Below are positions 1-11,060 of a DNA stretch of 64,000 nt, piece by piece. This stretch comes from Felis catus (taxonomy: Eukaryota): assembly GCF_018350175.1 (NCBI RefSeq), contig NC_058369.1, positions 15,254,001 through 15,318,000 on the forward strand, in the 5' to 3' direction. A program made the position numbers and the translations under genes. Position 1 is the first letter of the stretch. Each line of letters opens with the position of its first letter. The notes below the pieces were generated by a model. It was not told the origin of the DNA. It saw only the letters and a list, made by a program, of their open reading frames with translations, and ran no database searches.

Positions 1-139
1 CTGGATGATGTGCGGACTGAGCCAGGGGGAAAGTATTGAAAATATACTTCTTTGCGATTTGTCAGCACTAAGCAGCCTACACCTTTACTGGATCTACACA
101 CTGGCCACGTTGCCTTGCCTGCCCCGCCCTGAGCTCCTG

Positions 140-370
140 GGAGGGGCAGCCTCACATACAGTACTAAGGGCTGCCATTACATTGTGCCAACGGCTTTCCG
201 TGCATTCCCTCGTTCAGTCCTTACAACAGATCTGTGAGGAAGGTGCCACACACCTGTCCCCCTTGACAGATGAAAAAGCTGGAGATTAGAGAGGTGAAAT
301 GGTTTGCTTTTGGCCACCCAGCTTGGTGCAGTACCAGGCCAGTAACAAGGATCCTGTAATTGAGAGCTCT
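140..370. mobile_element. MIR SINE relic
   Basis: MIR core-like text 'acagatgaaaaagctggagattagagaggtgaaatggtttgc'. Confidence 0.55.
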
Positions 371-574
371 TAGCATCCTCCTCCTCTTTCTGGGGCCAGG
401 GTGGTCAAGATTTAAACAGCTACAGAACGGTCCAGTTGGCTGATAAACCACATCTTGGTGGTCATCCTGTCTTTTCAACCCTTTGTGCCCAAGAGAACGG
501 CATTTCCCTACCTGAGGCTGAGGGCCAGGGATAATAAATATCTCGTTGCCTGTCGCATCCCAAGACCACTCACT

Positions 575-940
575 CTTCCTCTTCCACATTCTTCTCCTTC
601 TCATCCTTCTCCTCAGTCTTCTCCTCCTCTTCCTCCTTCTGGTCTTCTCTGCTTCTCCTCTTCCTTCTGTGCCTCTTGTCAAGCACTTGAACATGGCTGA
701 GCTTCTCTTTCTTTCCCCCTGCCCTCCTTTCACCCTGGGCTCCAGGTAGAGAATTCAGATGCTGTTGCTGCTGCTGGTGATGGCGATGGTGATGCTCATT
801 GACGATGATCATGGTGATGGTGTGGTGATGGGTGGCCGATGGTGATGTTGATGCTGATGGTAATGGTGATGCTGATGGGCGATGGATGATGGTGCCGATG
901 GTGCTGCTTATGGTGGTGGTGATTTTGTTGTTGTTGTTTT
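575..940. repeat. Degenerate trinucleotide low-complexity tract (CTT/CCT, then CTG/GAT/GGT/GTT)
   Basis: Directly visible triplet periodicity. Confidence 0.85.
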
Positions 941-1924
941 GCCAAACGGGATTTTCAGTCCCTCATCTCCCTTTATCATTCTTATCTTCCACCCTGCTAG
1001 GAGAGAGGTCGTTCAGTAGAAGAACATGAAACTCTGCCACAAAAGGCAGTCAGTCTTAGGGAGAGAAAGGGTGGTTTGTCGTGTAGATTTAGAAACTCTG
1101 TGGGTGGGTGGAGGGTCACGAAGGGTAAAAAAAGTCTACACGGAATGAGGAGGGAGGAGAGAGGGTGCTCGAAAGGAGGGACTCTAGGTGCTTCTCAGAC
1201 ACATATTCTGCTTGGTCTAGAAGGTGACTAGTAGAAAAAGGATAGATATGTTTGCCACCCTCTCTACTTGGGGTGTGTTTGTCAGCAGCCATTGGGAAGC
1301 CACTTTCAGATGAAGGACCTGTCAACGAATCCTGCTAGCCACTACGGGACATTGAGGGGCAACTGCATTGTTGTTACCATTAATATCAGCCCACCAGTTC
1401 CCGGGCTCCCTGCGTGTGCGCGACACTTAATTCTTTACGTACAAGATCTCTACACCCCGTAAATTGGGCAGAGTGGGAAACTGAGGCCTATGCTGTCTCT
1501 TATTTGTCTGCTGTGTAACTCGGGCTGTAAAACACTAAGCTGGACCTTAGGGAGGAACACACAACTTGTGTTCTCTGTATATAAAACTATACTGCTGATC
1601 AACGATCAGAGGAGTATGATTGTTGGCTCAGTTAATTTATTGTCTACTTGGGAGGGAAAGACATAGGCACATAAATTCAAGGGCTAGTTAATTGTACAAG
1701 AATGCAAGAGATGCCAAAAGATGGTATGACTAAAGGCCAAATTGAAGCCAGAGGTGTAGGTGCTATAAGAGCTTATTAACATTTATTGATTAAAATTGCA
1801 GAAACCACCAGAAAATGGGCAAGATACATTTCATGCATTTGCAAATAAATCCATGTCCCCTATAGCCCACTCTTAGATCAGAAATAACAAATTCGAGTAT
1901 ATTCCAGGCAAATTAAATTCAATA

Positions 1925-2856
1925 CAGATCTTCCTGGACTTACCATGGGGTTATATCTCAAGAAACCCATCACATGTTGAAAATGTTGTAAGTCGACAAA
2001 TGCATTTATTTATTTTTTAAAATATTTTTCAATGTTTATTTTTTTTAATTTTTTTTAATGTTTATTTATTTTTGAGACAGAGAGAGACAGAGCATGAACG
2101 GGGGAGGGGCAGAGAGAGAGGGAGACACAGAATCGGAAACAGGCTCCAGGCTCTGAGCCATCAGCCCAGAGCCTGATGCGGGGCTCGAACTCACGAACCG
2201 TGAGATTGTGACCTGAGCTGAAGTCGGACGCTCAACCGACTGAGCCACCCAAGCGCCCCGAATGTTTATTTATTTTTGAGAGAGCGCACAAAAGCACAAG
2301 TAGAGGAGGGGCAGGGAGAGAGAGACACACAGAATGTGAAGCAGGCTCCAGGCTCTGCACGGGGCTCCAACTCACGATCCGTGAGATCATGACCTGAGCC
2401 GAAGTCGGACGCTTGACCAACTGAGCCACCCGGGCGCCCCAAGTCAGAAATGCACGTAGTACACCTAACCCACTGAACATCACAGCTTAGGCTGGCCGAG
2501 TTTAAACATGCTCAGAACACTTACATGAGCCTACAGCCTACTTGATAATATAGTGCTAAATAGCTCATGTGATTTATTGAATACTGTCCCGAAAGTGAAA
2601 AACGGGAAGGTTGTAGGGGTGCAGGATGGTTGTCAGTGTGGTGGTTGTTCACCCTCATGACCTCGGGGCTGACTGGGAGCTGTGGTCACTGCACCTGCCC
2701 GGCATCCTGTGAGAGGACCAGACTGCATAGCACTAGCCCGGGAAAATATCAACATTCAAAATTCAAAGTACACTTTCTACTGAATGCATGTCGCTTTCTC
2801 ACCATTGTCAAGTCAAAAAATCCTAAGTAGAACCATCGTATGTCAGGGACCATCTG
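1925..2856. mobile_element. TcMar-Tigger MITE (MER47/Tigger5-like), interrupted by two SINEs
   Basis: Terminal inverted repeats CAGATCTTCCTGGACTTACCATGG ... CCATCGTATGTCAGGGACCATCTG, flanked by TA on both sides (1923-24, 2857-58). Interior resembles MER47. Confidence 0.85.
2006..2440 (-). mobile_element. Two nested Can-SINEs (SINEC_Fc-like)
   Basis: Two SINE bodies ending in GCGCCCC at 2260 and 2440. The left copy is inserted in the A-rich tail of the right one, which has an internal deletion. Confidence 0.92.
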
Positions 2857-3115
2857 TACTGTTTTATACATTCAGTATTTCTTCAAATAGGATTATCTTT
2901 TTCTAGAAGCAATCACAAGGCCTAAGAAGATTTGCAGCCACGGAAAGGATTCTTTGTCTCCCCTGTAATGAACAGATTAAAAACTTAATCCCAAGGTCCG
3001 CTTCTGTGTCCAAGTATAATTGTGGCGTGAGTCACTCCAAATGGGTTTTCTCATGAACACACAAGCACTATTATAAATGGCACTTTTTTGATGGGGGGAA
3101 ACCCCACATTTAAAA

Positions 3116-3328
3116 TTTTTTTTTTCAACGTTTATTTATTTTTGGGACAGAGAGAGACAGAGCATGAACGGGGGAGGGGCAGAGAGAGAGGGAGACACAG
3201 AATCGGAAACAGGCTCCAGGCTCCGGGCCATCAGCCCAGAGCCCGACGCAGGGCTCGAACTCCCGGACCGCGAGATCGTGACCTGGCTGAAGTCGGCCGC
3301 TTAACCGACTGCGCCACCCAGGCGCCCC
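3116..3328 (-). mobile_element. Young SINEC_Fc-like SINE
   Basis: Near-consensus, CpG-rich body; TSD gggaaaccccacatttaaaa. Confidence 0.95.
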
Positions 3329-4120
3329 ATGGGAAACCCCACATTTAAAAAGTCAACAAAAGAGGTCACTTTCAGCAGACTCTGTACCCTGGAAGGGATG
3401 ACCAAAATGGGTGCTTTTTAATATCAAGCACCTAGGAAAATGTTGATTTTACTCCAGGCTCCTCAAGGTCAAGACTGCTTTGTGGCAACCTTCAGAAAGA
3501 CATCGGATCTTAGTTTCCTAGTTTCTCAGTTTCTTAGTTCCTGACCTCTCTGACGCTGGTTCTGGAAAGGTTATCATGAGTTCTTTGGCCCCTCAATGCT
3601 GCGTTTGACTTTCATTCAGCTCAGCAAGAACTGTTAAAGAATTATCCATGACACTTGTTAAAATGATGAGGGGGGCTTTGGTGAGAGATGTAGGGACCGC
3701 TGCAATGGGGTTTTGCAGTACAGATGGGGGACTAGGCTCAGCTGTGACTATAACAAGGAAAAGTGGGAATTTAGAGCCAAGGACGAGGGTGTGAGGGGTC
3801 AGTGGATGAGCTGAGATATAATCAAGGAAGCCGGCTGGCCTCAGCAGGGCCAAGAAACTAAAACATTTACCCAAAGCCCCATGTGCCAGGCACCAAGGGA
3901 GGCATTTTACGTGGGTTGTTGTACTTAATAGTGACACCATCTGGGCAAAGCCAATGCCATTTTTGTTGAAGGCGGGAAAAGCAAGGGTAGGGGATCTGTC
4001 CAAGGTCGCACAGCCAGCGAGTGACTACACTACGACTCTACCCGGGATCTGCCTCCTTCCTGAGCTTATTCCTTTGGCAAGGTGTCACTGAGGGTGTGCG
4101 CAAGCTTCAGTTCCGGTCCC

Positions 4121-4340
4121 GGGGTGCCTGGGTGCCTCAGTCGGATAAGCTCCTGACGTCGGTTCAGGTCGCGATCTCACAGTTCACAAGTTCGAGCCCC
4201 GCCTTGGGCTCTGTGCTGACAGCTCGGAGCCTGGAGCCTGCTTCGGATTCCGTGTCTCCCTCTCTGCTCCTCCTCCAGTCCTACTCTGTCTCTCTCTCTC
4301 TCCAATAAATAAAACAAAAACAATTTTTGTTTTTTTTTAA
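4121..4340 (+). mobile_element. Can-SINE
   Basis: GGGGTGCCTGGGTG head, (CT)n, AATAAA tail; TSD ttcagttccggtcc. Confidence 0.92.
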
Positions 4341-4823
4341 AGATTCAGTTCCGGTCCTCAAGGAGCTTGCTCTCTGGTGGCAATATCACCGATGCACACG
4401 CATCCCATGCCATTTCCTCCTCGCCTGAAGGGGGCCCGTGATAGACAGGAGATCTATTTCTTTCCTGTACCATCTTGGCACTTAGCAGTGTGCATAGACC
4501 AACTCCTTACAGTCAATAAAAGTAACAAATGCCACTTGTTGATTGTATATTCTGTCTGGAACTTGGCAAAGCACGTTACATAATAATCTCATTAAAAGAT
4601 TTTTCATCCTCCGAGCAACCTAACAGGTGGGCACAATAATCCTCATTTTACTGACTGAGCAGCTGAGGCTCAGGGGGGCTGAGGAGCTCGCCCACAATCC
4701 TTCATCTTGAAAGCAGCGCAGAGCTGAGCCTCAAAGCCGGGCTGTCTCCGCCCCTGGCACGTGCTCTTGACCACTCACTATGACGTCACAAAGGCCGGGC
4801 CGCTCCCATTTGCTCTCCATCTA

Positions 4824-5670
4824 CCGTGGACTCATGTCGTTCACGGCAATTTTGTTCTAAGAAGTCACCCGAGCGCTGTATGGGCCAAGACTGAAGTTTT
4901 GCTCCTAAGGAAAATACAGGGTTAGGTTCCTGAAAGCCTCTGGTCCTCGAGTTTTTGTCAGCTGATCAATTTCTCGTGGGTGGGTTTCTGCTTAGTGACA
5001 CCTTGTTTCATATACGTTGTTGATTCGTTGGCGCTGAACTCACGGCCCACAGCCCTGTAATTCGGGCCGAAGGAAAGCTGCCTCACACACGTACTTTGTC
5101 CATGAGACACACATCCCAGCTTTATTGTGCTCGGGGCCACTAGCCAGCACTTTAGCACTTACTGTCCAGAGCCATTGGAGACAGTGAACTCACCAGCGAA
5201 GAGCACAAAAATGCAAAAATCATGGCACGTAACATCCTGGGAAAAGGGCCCTCTTTTTTTTTTTTTTTTTTAATTTTTTTTTACATTTATTTATTTTTAA
5301 GAAACAGAGTGAGACAAAGCGTGAGTGGGGGAGGGGCAGAGAGCGGACACACAGAATCTGAAGCAGGCTCTGAGCAAGCGGTCAGCACAGAGCCTGATGC
5401 GGGGCTCGAACCCACAGACTGTGAGATCATGACCTGAGCCGAAGTCGGACGCTCAACCGACTGAGCCACCCAGGTGCCCCGAAAAGGGCCCTCTTTATAG
5501 GACAAGAGCTGAAGCAGGGAGGTAGATTGTCACCTTGTTCCACCCCAGCTGGGAACGTGCATGGGATTGGGAGGGGGCACTCAAATTTTTCACCCCTCTG
5601 AGTATGTCTGTGAATAACACAAAAGCACCGTGAGTACTGATTTTGGGGGTTACACATAGATTTTAGGGAG
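4824..5670. mobile_element. TcMar-Tigger element (MER82-like), interrupted by a SINE at 5254-5480
   Basis: Resembles the MER82 consensus ('gctcctaaggaaaatacagggttaggttcctg', 'gcacaaaaatgcaaaaa', 'cagctgggaacgtgc'); starts after TA. Confidence 0.7.
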
Positions 5671-5721
5671 ATTTTGTTATTTTTTTCAAGTTTATTTATT
5701 TTTGAGAGAGAGAGAGCTAGA

Positions 5722-5768
<47 letters not shown>

Positions 5769-6385
5769 CCCAAGCAGGCTCCACACTGTCAGCACAGAGC
5801 CCCATGTGGGGCTCGAACTCACGAACCATGAGATAATGACCTGAGCTGAAGTTGGACGTTCAACCGACTGAGCCACCCAGGCGCCCCTGTACTTGCCAAT
5901 TAAAAAAAAAAAATTCTTAATGTTTTTATTTATTTTCGAGACAGAGAGAGACGGAGCATGAGCAGGGGAGGGGCAGAGAGAAGGAGACACAGAATCTGAA
6001 GCGGGATCCAGGCTCTGAGCTGTCAGCACAGAACCCGACGTGGGGCTGGAACTCACGGGGGTGTGAGATCGTGACCTGAGCTGCAGTCAGATGCTCAACC
6101 GAATGAGCCACCCAGGCACCCCATGTACTTGCTAATTTTAAAAGATTGCATTTAAGGAGTGCCTGAGTGGCTCAGTCGGTTGAGTGTCTCACTCTTGATT
6201 TGGGCTCAGGTTATGATCTCATGATTTGTGTGATTGAGCCCCATGTCAGGCTCTGCACTGACGGTGTGGAGCCTCCTTGGGATTCTCTCTCTCCCTCTCT
6301 CTCTGCCCCTCCTATGCTTGCATGCTCACCCTCTCTCTCTCTCTCTTTCAAAGTAAGTAAATATTTTTTTTTAGAAATTTAAAAA
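5254..6385. mobile_element. Cluster of four Can-SINEs (5254-5480 -, 5672-5887 -, 5913-6122 -, 6156-6385 +)
   Basis: Typical heads, tails and (GA)n/(CT)n; TSDs gaaaagggccctctt, tgtacttgc, aaaagattgcatt. Confidence 0.92.
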
Positions 6386-7754
6386 AGATTGCATTGAAAA
6401 GACATGTACTGAATACCCACTGTGTGCTGTCCACAGTGGCAGATAGATAAATAGGACATGGTAAAGAGACTATTGCAACGGTCCAGGTGAAAGGGGAGGG
6501 GAGCCTCCGCTGGGGGGTTGTGGCGGGCAAAAGCGGAGGGCTGGGGAAATCTACCTGAGGGCAAAGGTAACAAAACCTGGAGACCGATTCCATGTGGAGG
6601 GAAGGAGAATGGGCCATGTCCTTGTCAGCTGGGTAGGTGGGTATCGCAGGATACTTTCTGTTACGATAAATAGAAAACCCCAGTTGAATGGGCATGAACA
6701 ACGAAGGGCCTCCCAGGCTCCTGTGCATGGGAAGTTGAAAGGTGAGCGAGCCTCGGGCAGGGCTGGATCCGGCAGATCCTTCTGTGGCAACAGGACCCGT
6801 TACCTCTCCTGCCTCCAGTCTTAGCAGGCTCTCCTTGTGTGCTTCTGGAACGGTTGAGGCAACTCCTAAGGTTTTTATTCCCACACAGCAAGAAAGAGAA
6901 TCCAGGTTCTAGTGTTCCCAGCAGAAGGCTTCTGTGCTGCCCTCTGAGAACTCTGGCTTAGGTCAAGTGCGCGCCTGAACTGTCTCCATGGTCAGGGGAT
7001 GGAATGAACAGATTGGATTAAGCCAGACCTCAGACCTGAGGGATGAGAGGTCAAGCCCACAAGACTAAATGGCTCAGAATTGGGGCAAGGGATGGTCTTC
7101 TTGAGGGACGTCCAGGAGCCACGATCAGCAAAGAGGGAGGAACAGATGCCGCGGGGAAGTGTAGGTGAGAAGCCTATCTATCTACACCGTAAGTGATTTA
7201 ATTATCAGGGCTGGAGGATTTTTTTTTTCTTTACCAAAAAACAATCCCTATAGTAGCAAGAATCTTGGGGTTTGCTTTAATCTCCATAATGGATGACTGA
7301 AAGCCATTCCCAGAAGACCTGAATCAATGTCTGCCACGTGACAGCTCAGGGAAGAATTTACACGGCTGTCCCAGCGATTTATTTTTGGAAAGGTCACAAA
7401 AGCGTGGAAATAAATGTCAAGCCGGAATTATTTATGACTCCTGCACTTCTAGGTCATTTCTAGTAAATTTGCCTTACCTCGTGAGGTAAGATAGAGGAAT
7501 AGTCTTGTTTTTACACCAGGGGGAAGAAATGGTCAGAGAAATGGAGACTCCCCTTCCTGGAAATTCCTGACACGCAAGCTTTTGTATTAGACAAAGAGAA
7601 GGCAGAACAAGGTGGGGAGGGGGGGGGAGCAAGGAAATGAACAGAGGGTACAGAAGGGAGGCTGCGCTGATGGAGCTCAAATCTCTTTATTTAACAAAAG
7701 ATCTTGATTTTTTTCTGCGTACGAAGTCATAGAAGCTGAACTACGAAGCTCCCT

Positions 7755-8723
7755 CTGGCTGCTGTAACTGATCACCACAAACTTGGTGGCTTGAACATCA
7801 GTTTCACTGGGTCAAAGTCAAGTTGTCAGCAGGGAAGCACTCCCTCTGGAGGTTCTGGGAGAGGATCTGTTTTCATTTTCTTTTTCGTTCTGGTAAAATA
7901 TTCATAAAACGTACCATTGGAAGCATTTTTAAGTGTCCGGATCCGTGGCATTCAGTTAATTCATGTTGTTATGTAACTATTTACCACCATCCATCCTTCT
8001 GGGACTTTTTCATCTTCCCAAACTGAAACTTTGTACCCATTAAATAGAAACTCTGCATTTCCCTACCCTCAGCAGCTGGCAACCGCTACTTTCTGTCTCT
8101 ATGAATCTTACTACTCTAGGTACCTCATACGGTATCATATCATATATGGAATCATGTAACACTTGTCCTTCTGTGATTTATTTCTTATGTGTCCTTAAGT
8201 GGCTTGCTTCATTTAGCGTAATGTCTTCAAAGTTCACACATATTGTAGCAGGTGTCAGAATCTGCTTCCTTTTCCAGGCTGAATAATATTCCACTGTATG
8301 TATATATCATATTTTATTTCGTCCATTCGTCACTCGAAAACACTTGGGTTGCTTCCACCTTTTGGCTACTGTGACGAATGCCTCTATGACCATGGATGTA
8401 CAATGATCTCTTTAAGACCCTGCTTTCAATTCTTTGGGGGTATCTGCCCAGAAACACAGTTGCTGAATCCTATGGGAGAATCTATATTCTATGTTTCAGT
8501 GCTCACATCTCCTCTTCTGTCACAAACTTCCCTCTGCCTCTCTCTTATAAGCACACCTGTGATGGCATTTAGGGCTCCCCAGGATAATCCACGATAATCT
8601 TTTCATCTCAAGACTCTTAATTTAATCACATCTGCAAAGTCTCTTTGCCATATAAGGTGACATTCCTAGGTTCCGGGGATTAGGACCTAGATATCTTTGG
8701 GAGTCATTATTCAGCCTCCCACA
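7755..8723. mobile_element. MLT1-type (ERVL-MaLR) LTR split by an antisense L1M 3' fragment (~7880-8490)
   Basis: MLT1 hallmarks 'gctgctgtaac..accacaaacttggtggctt' and 'taatcacatctgcaaagtc...tattcagcctcccaca'. The middle has the L1M 3' motif 'ctactctaggtacctcata...ggaatcat'. Confidence 0.75.
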
Positions 8724-9319
8724 CAAGCAAATAGAAAATGCAAAAGGAACACAGAAATCTGTCATAAGAAGGAAGGCCCATAGAACCGCCCTGTCCCTAG
8801 AGATCATCACAGGAAATAGTTTACGACATATTTTTCTAGATTTCTTTCCATGCGTATACTAACAAATGTATTTCTTTTATTTCCTTTCCTCTTTAAAAAA
8901 TAAAAAGTGGGGTAACTTTCTACACAGCCCAGCAAGTTGTCTCTTTCATTTAATAATGTATCTTTGCAGCAAGCTCTTTAAGAGCAAAAGGGATTTACTT
9001 TCATGTTACTGTCTTCTTTGATGTAAAAATAGCAACTTTCCAGTAAAGCAAATGACTTTTAGAAAAATTCTATTTGAAATAATCTCCTAGAAATGTCAAT
9101 GTTAACTTTAATTCATAAGAGGAAAGAGAGATTTTGAACCAACATAAGGGTGGAGGCTACTTAGAATTTAGCATTTTGGGTAAATTAGAGAAAGGACACT
9201 CTGGTTATATATGGATACAACATGACATACCTGAAGGCTAAATTGCTTTAAGTGTGGCATGTTAATGTGAGAGTCAACGCTTCCATGGTATCCGTTTAAA
9301 TTAAGTATCTAGTATCAGG

Positions 9320-9805
9320 GGTAGAGAGATCAGGAGATTTGGATTGGAATCCTGGCTCTGTCGTCAACTGGCTGTGTGGCTTTAGGCAGGCAAGCTGTAT
9401 CCAATCCCTGGGCCTCAGTGTCCTAATCTTTGGACTGGAAGCTGTCCCAACTCCTAACGACCTTCCATTCTGCAACTTGGGAAGGGCACTATTCTAGCAG
9501 GCTAGAGATCCAGGGGTGAATAGCAAACCTTCTACTAACTTGCTTATGACCTTGAGCTAGACTGTCAGTTCTGCAGGGTCTCAGTGGATTCATCTGTAAG
9601 ATGAGCAGGCTGGTCTAGAGAGTTCTCCAGATCCTTTCTAACTCTCACATTCTAAGGCAGTGAGTCTCAACCTTCAATGTGCCTAAAAATCCCCTGGGGG
9701 ATCTTGTTAAAATGCAGCAGATTTGGGTGCCACCTGAGATTTGACATTTCTGGCAAGTTCTAAGGCGGGGCTGATGCTAGTCTGGAGACCACACTTTGAA
9801 TAGCA
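9320..9805. mobile_element. MIR fragments followed by a MER5A-like hAT-Charlie MITE (~9658-9804)
   Basis: 'gggcctcagtgtcctaatct', 'catctgtaagatgag'; MER5-like 'gatcttgttaaaatgcag...gaccacactttgaatagca'. Confidence 0.6.
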
Positions 9806-10659
9806 AAGTATTTGGATTTTGAACTGTCCGGAAACGTTGCTAAAGACTTGGAAATGGGCAGAAGAGATTCCTGTGAATCCCTTGGCTGGAGTGCTGGTCT
9901 GGGGGGTGTATATAGGAGTATGTACCTTTGCTGGTCCTCTGTTGCTCACCTCTGTAAGGGAAGTTAAAATGTAGAATTACTATCCATTATGGATAGTAAT
10001 GGGCTGAATCTTGTTTGAAAGAGGTGCACTTGATTTCAGCCCTGTAGAAAAAGATGGTTCTCAAAACATTACTTTTTTTTTTTTTTTTTGTCCTGTGGGA
10101 TAACCACCAGTTTTGCGCGATTACCAAACTCATTTCAGTATTCCTGATTGCCCACATCTATACGGTTTTCAAAAATCTCCTTTATGTGGGTTTTACCCTT
10201 TTAAAAATCATATTTTAACACCACTGGTCCTTTACAGTTCATTCATGGATTCATCTTTGTAGCAAGAAACACTTGCGGGTGGGGGGTGGGGGAGAGGTTG
10301 GGTTGGGGGGTACAGAAAACTCTTCAAGGAAAGTGGTTGGTCAGGAATCCTGCCTTCCTGACTCCCAGCTCACCTATGCCCTAATCACGGTCAGATAATT
10401 CCCTTCCCAGGGCTATAAAGTCACGGAATATGGTGGGGAAAAGCTCTTTAACCACCATTTAAGGATCAAGAGGTCAAACGACCTACCCAAGCCCAGCGGG
10501 CAATTTTAGCTAAGCTGGGATTCGAACCCTGGCATCAGAACTCTCTCAGTGCTCTTTACACCACCTGCCATCCAGTTTATTCTGGGGCCACTAAGCTGAT
10601 GTCCCTCACTCCTCTGCAGCAACTGGGGTAATCTGAGCCCCCGGTATCTGGTTTTGGTG

Positions 10660-11060
10660 ACGCCAGAGACGGAGTGCACTACTGAGCCGGAGGGCGGGGC
10701 TTGGAGTCAGGAGGCGGTGCCCGGGAACGGGGGGGGCGGAGCCCGAGGCCGCCGGCGCCGGCGCCGGCGCCTCCGCCCCACGGGCTGCCGGGAGTTCGGC
10801 CTCGGCCCCGCTCCGCTTCCCCCGGCTCCGCCCCCGCCTGTCTGTGTCTGCGCCGGCCGCTACCGATAAAGTTGTTGTTCTGCCAACATGGCGGCGCCCA
10901 TGGTGACTGGCCGGCCCGTGTTCGCTTAAAGGTGGGAACTGAGGCGTGAGGAGCCGCAGGCCAGAGCCTGTGAGCAGGTAAAGTCCAGACCCGGGCTCAG
11001 CGGGACGAGACACCTCGGGCGAAGAGGTCTCTGCCCTCGGATCTGGAGGTTCCGACTTGC
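10660..11060 (+). promoter_or_regulatory. LARS2: CpG-island promoter of LARS2
   Basis: Densest CpG/GC stretch of the window. GC boxes (GGGCGGGGC ~10692, CCCCGCCT ~10832), YY1-type motif CAACATGGCGGC at 10884-10895, no TATA box seen. Lies ~5 kb upstream of the first coding exon and ends near a splice donor. Confidence 0.85.
10850..10977 (+). other. LARS2: Putative non-coding first exon (5' UTR) of LARS2; start approximate
   Basis: Donor GAGCAG|GTAAAG at 10977/10978 at the 3' edge of the CpG island. The ATG-containing exon has its own acceptor, so an upstream exon is required. The TSS cannot be read from sequence. Confidence 0.7.

Noticed and set aside
221..1029. Arg-rich, Leu-rich and His/Gln-rich ORFs
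   Set aside because: Arise from degenerate trinucleotide repeats; no splice or homology support.
4121..4210. tRNA-like A/B-box sequences
   Set aside because: These are the tRNA-derived heads of SINEs; no intact tRNA cloverleaf gene was seen.
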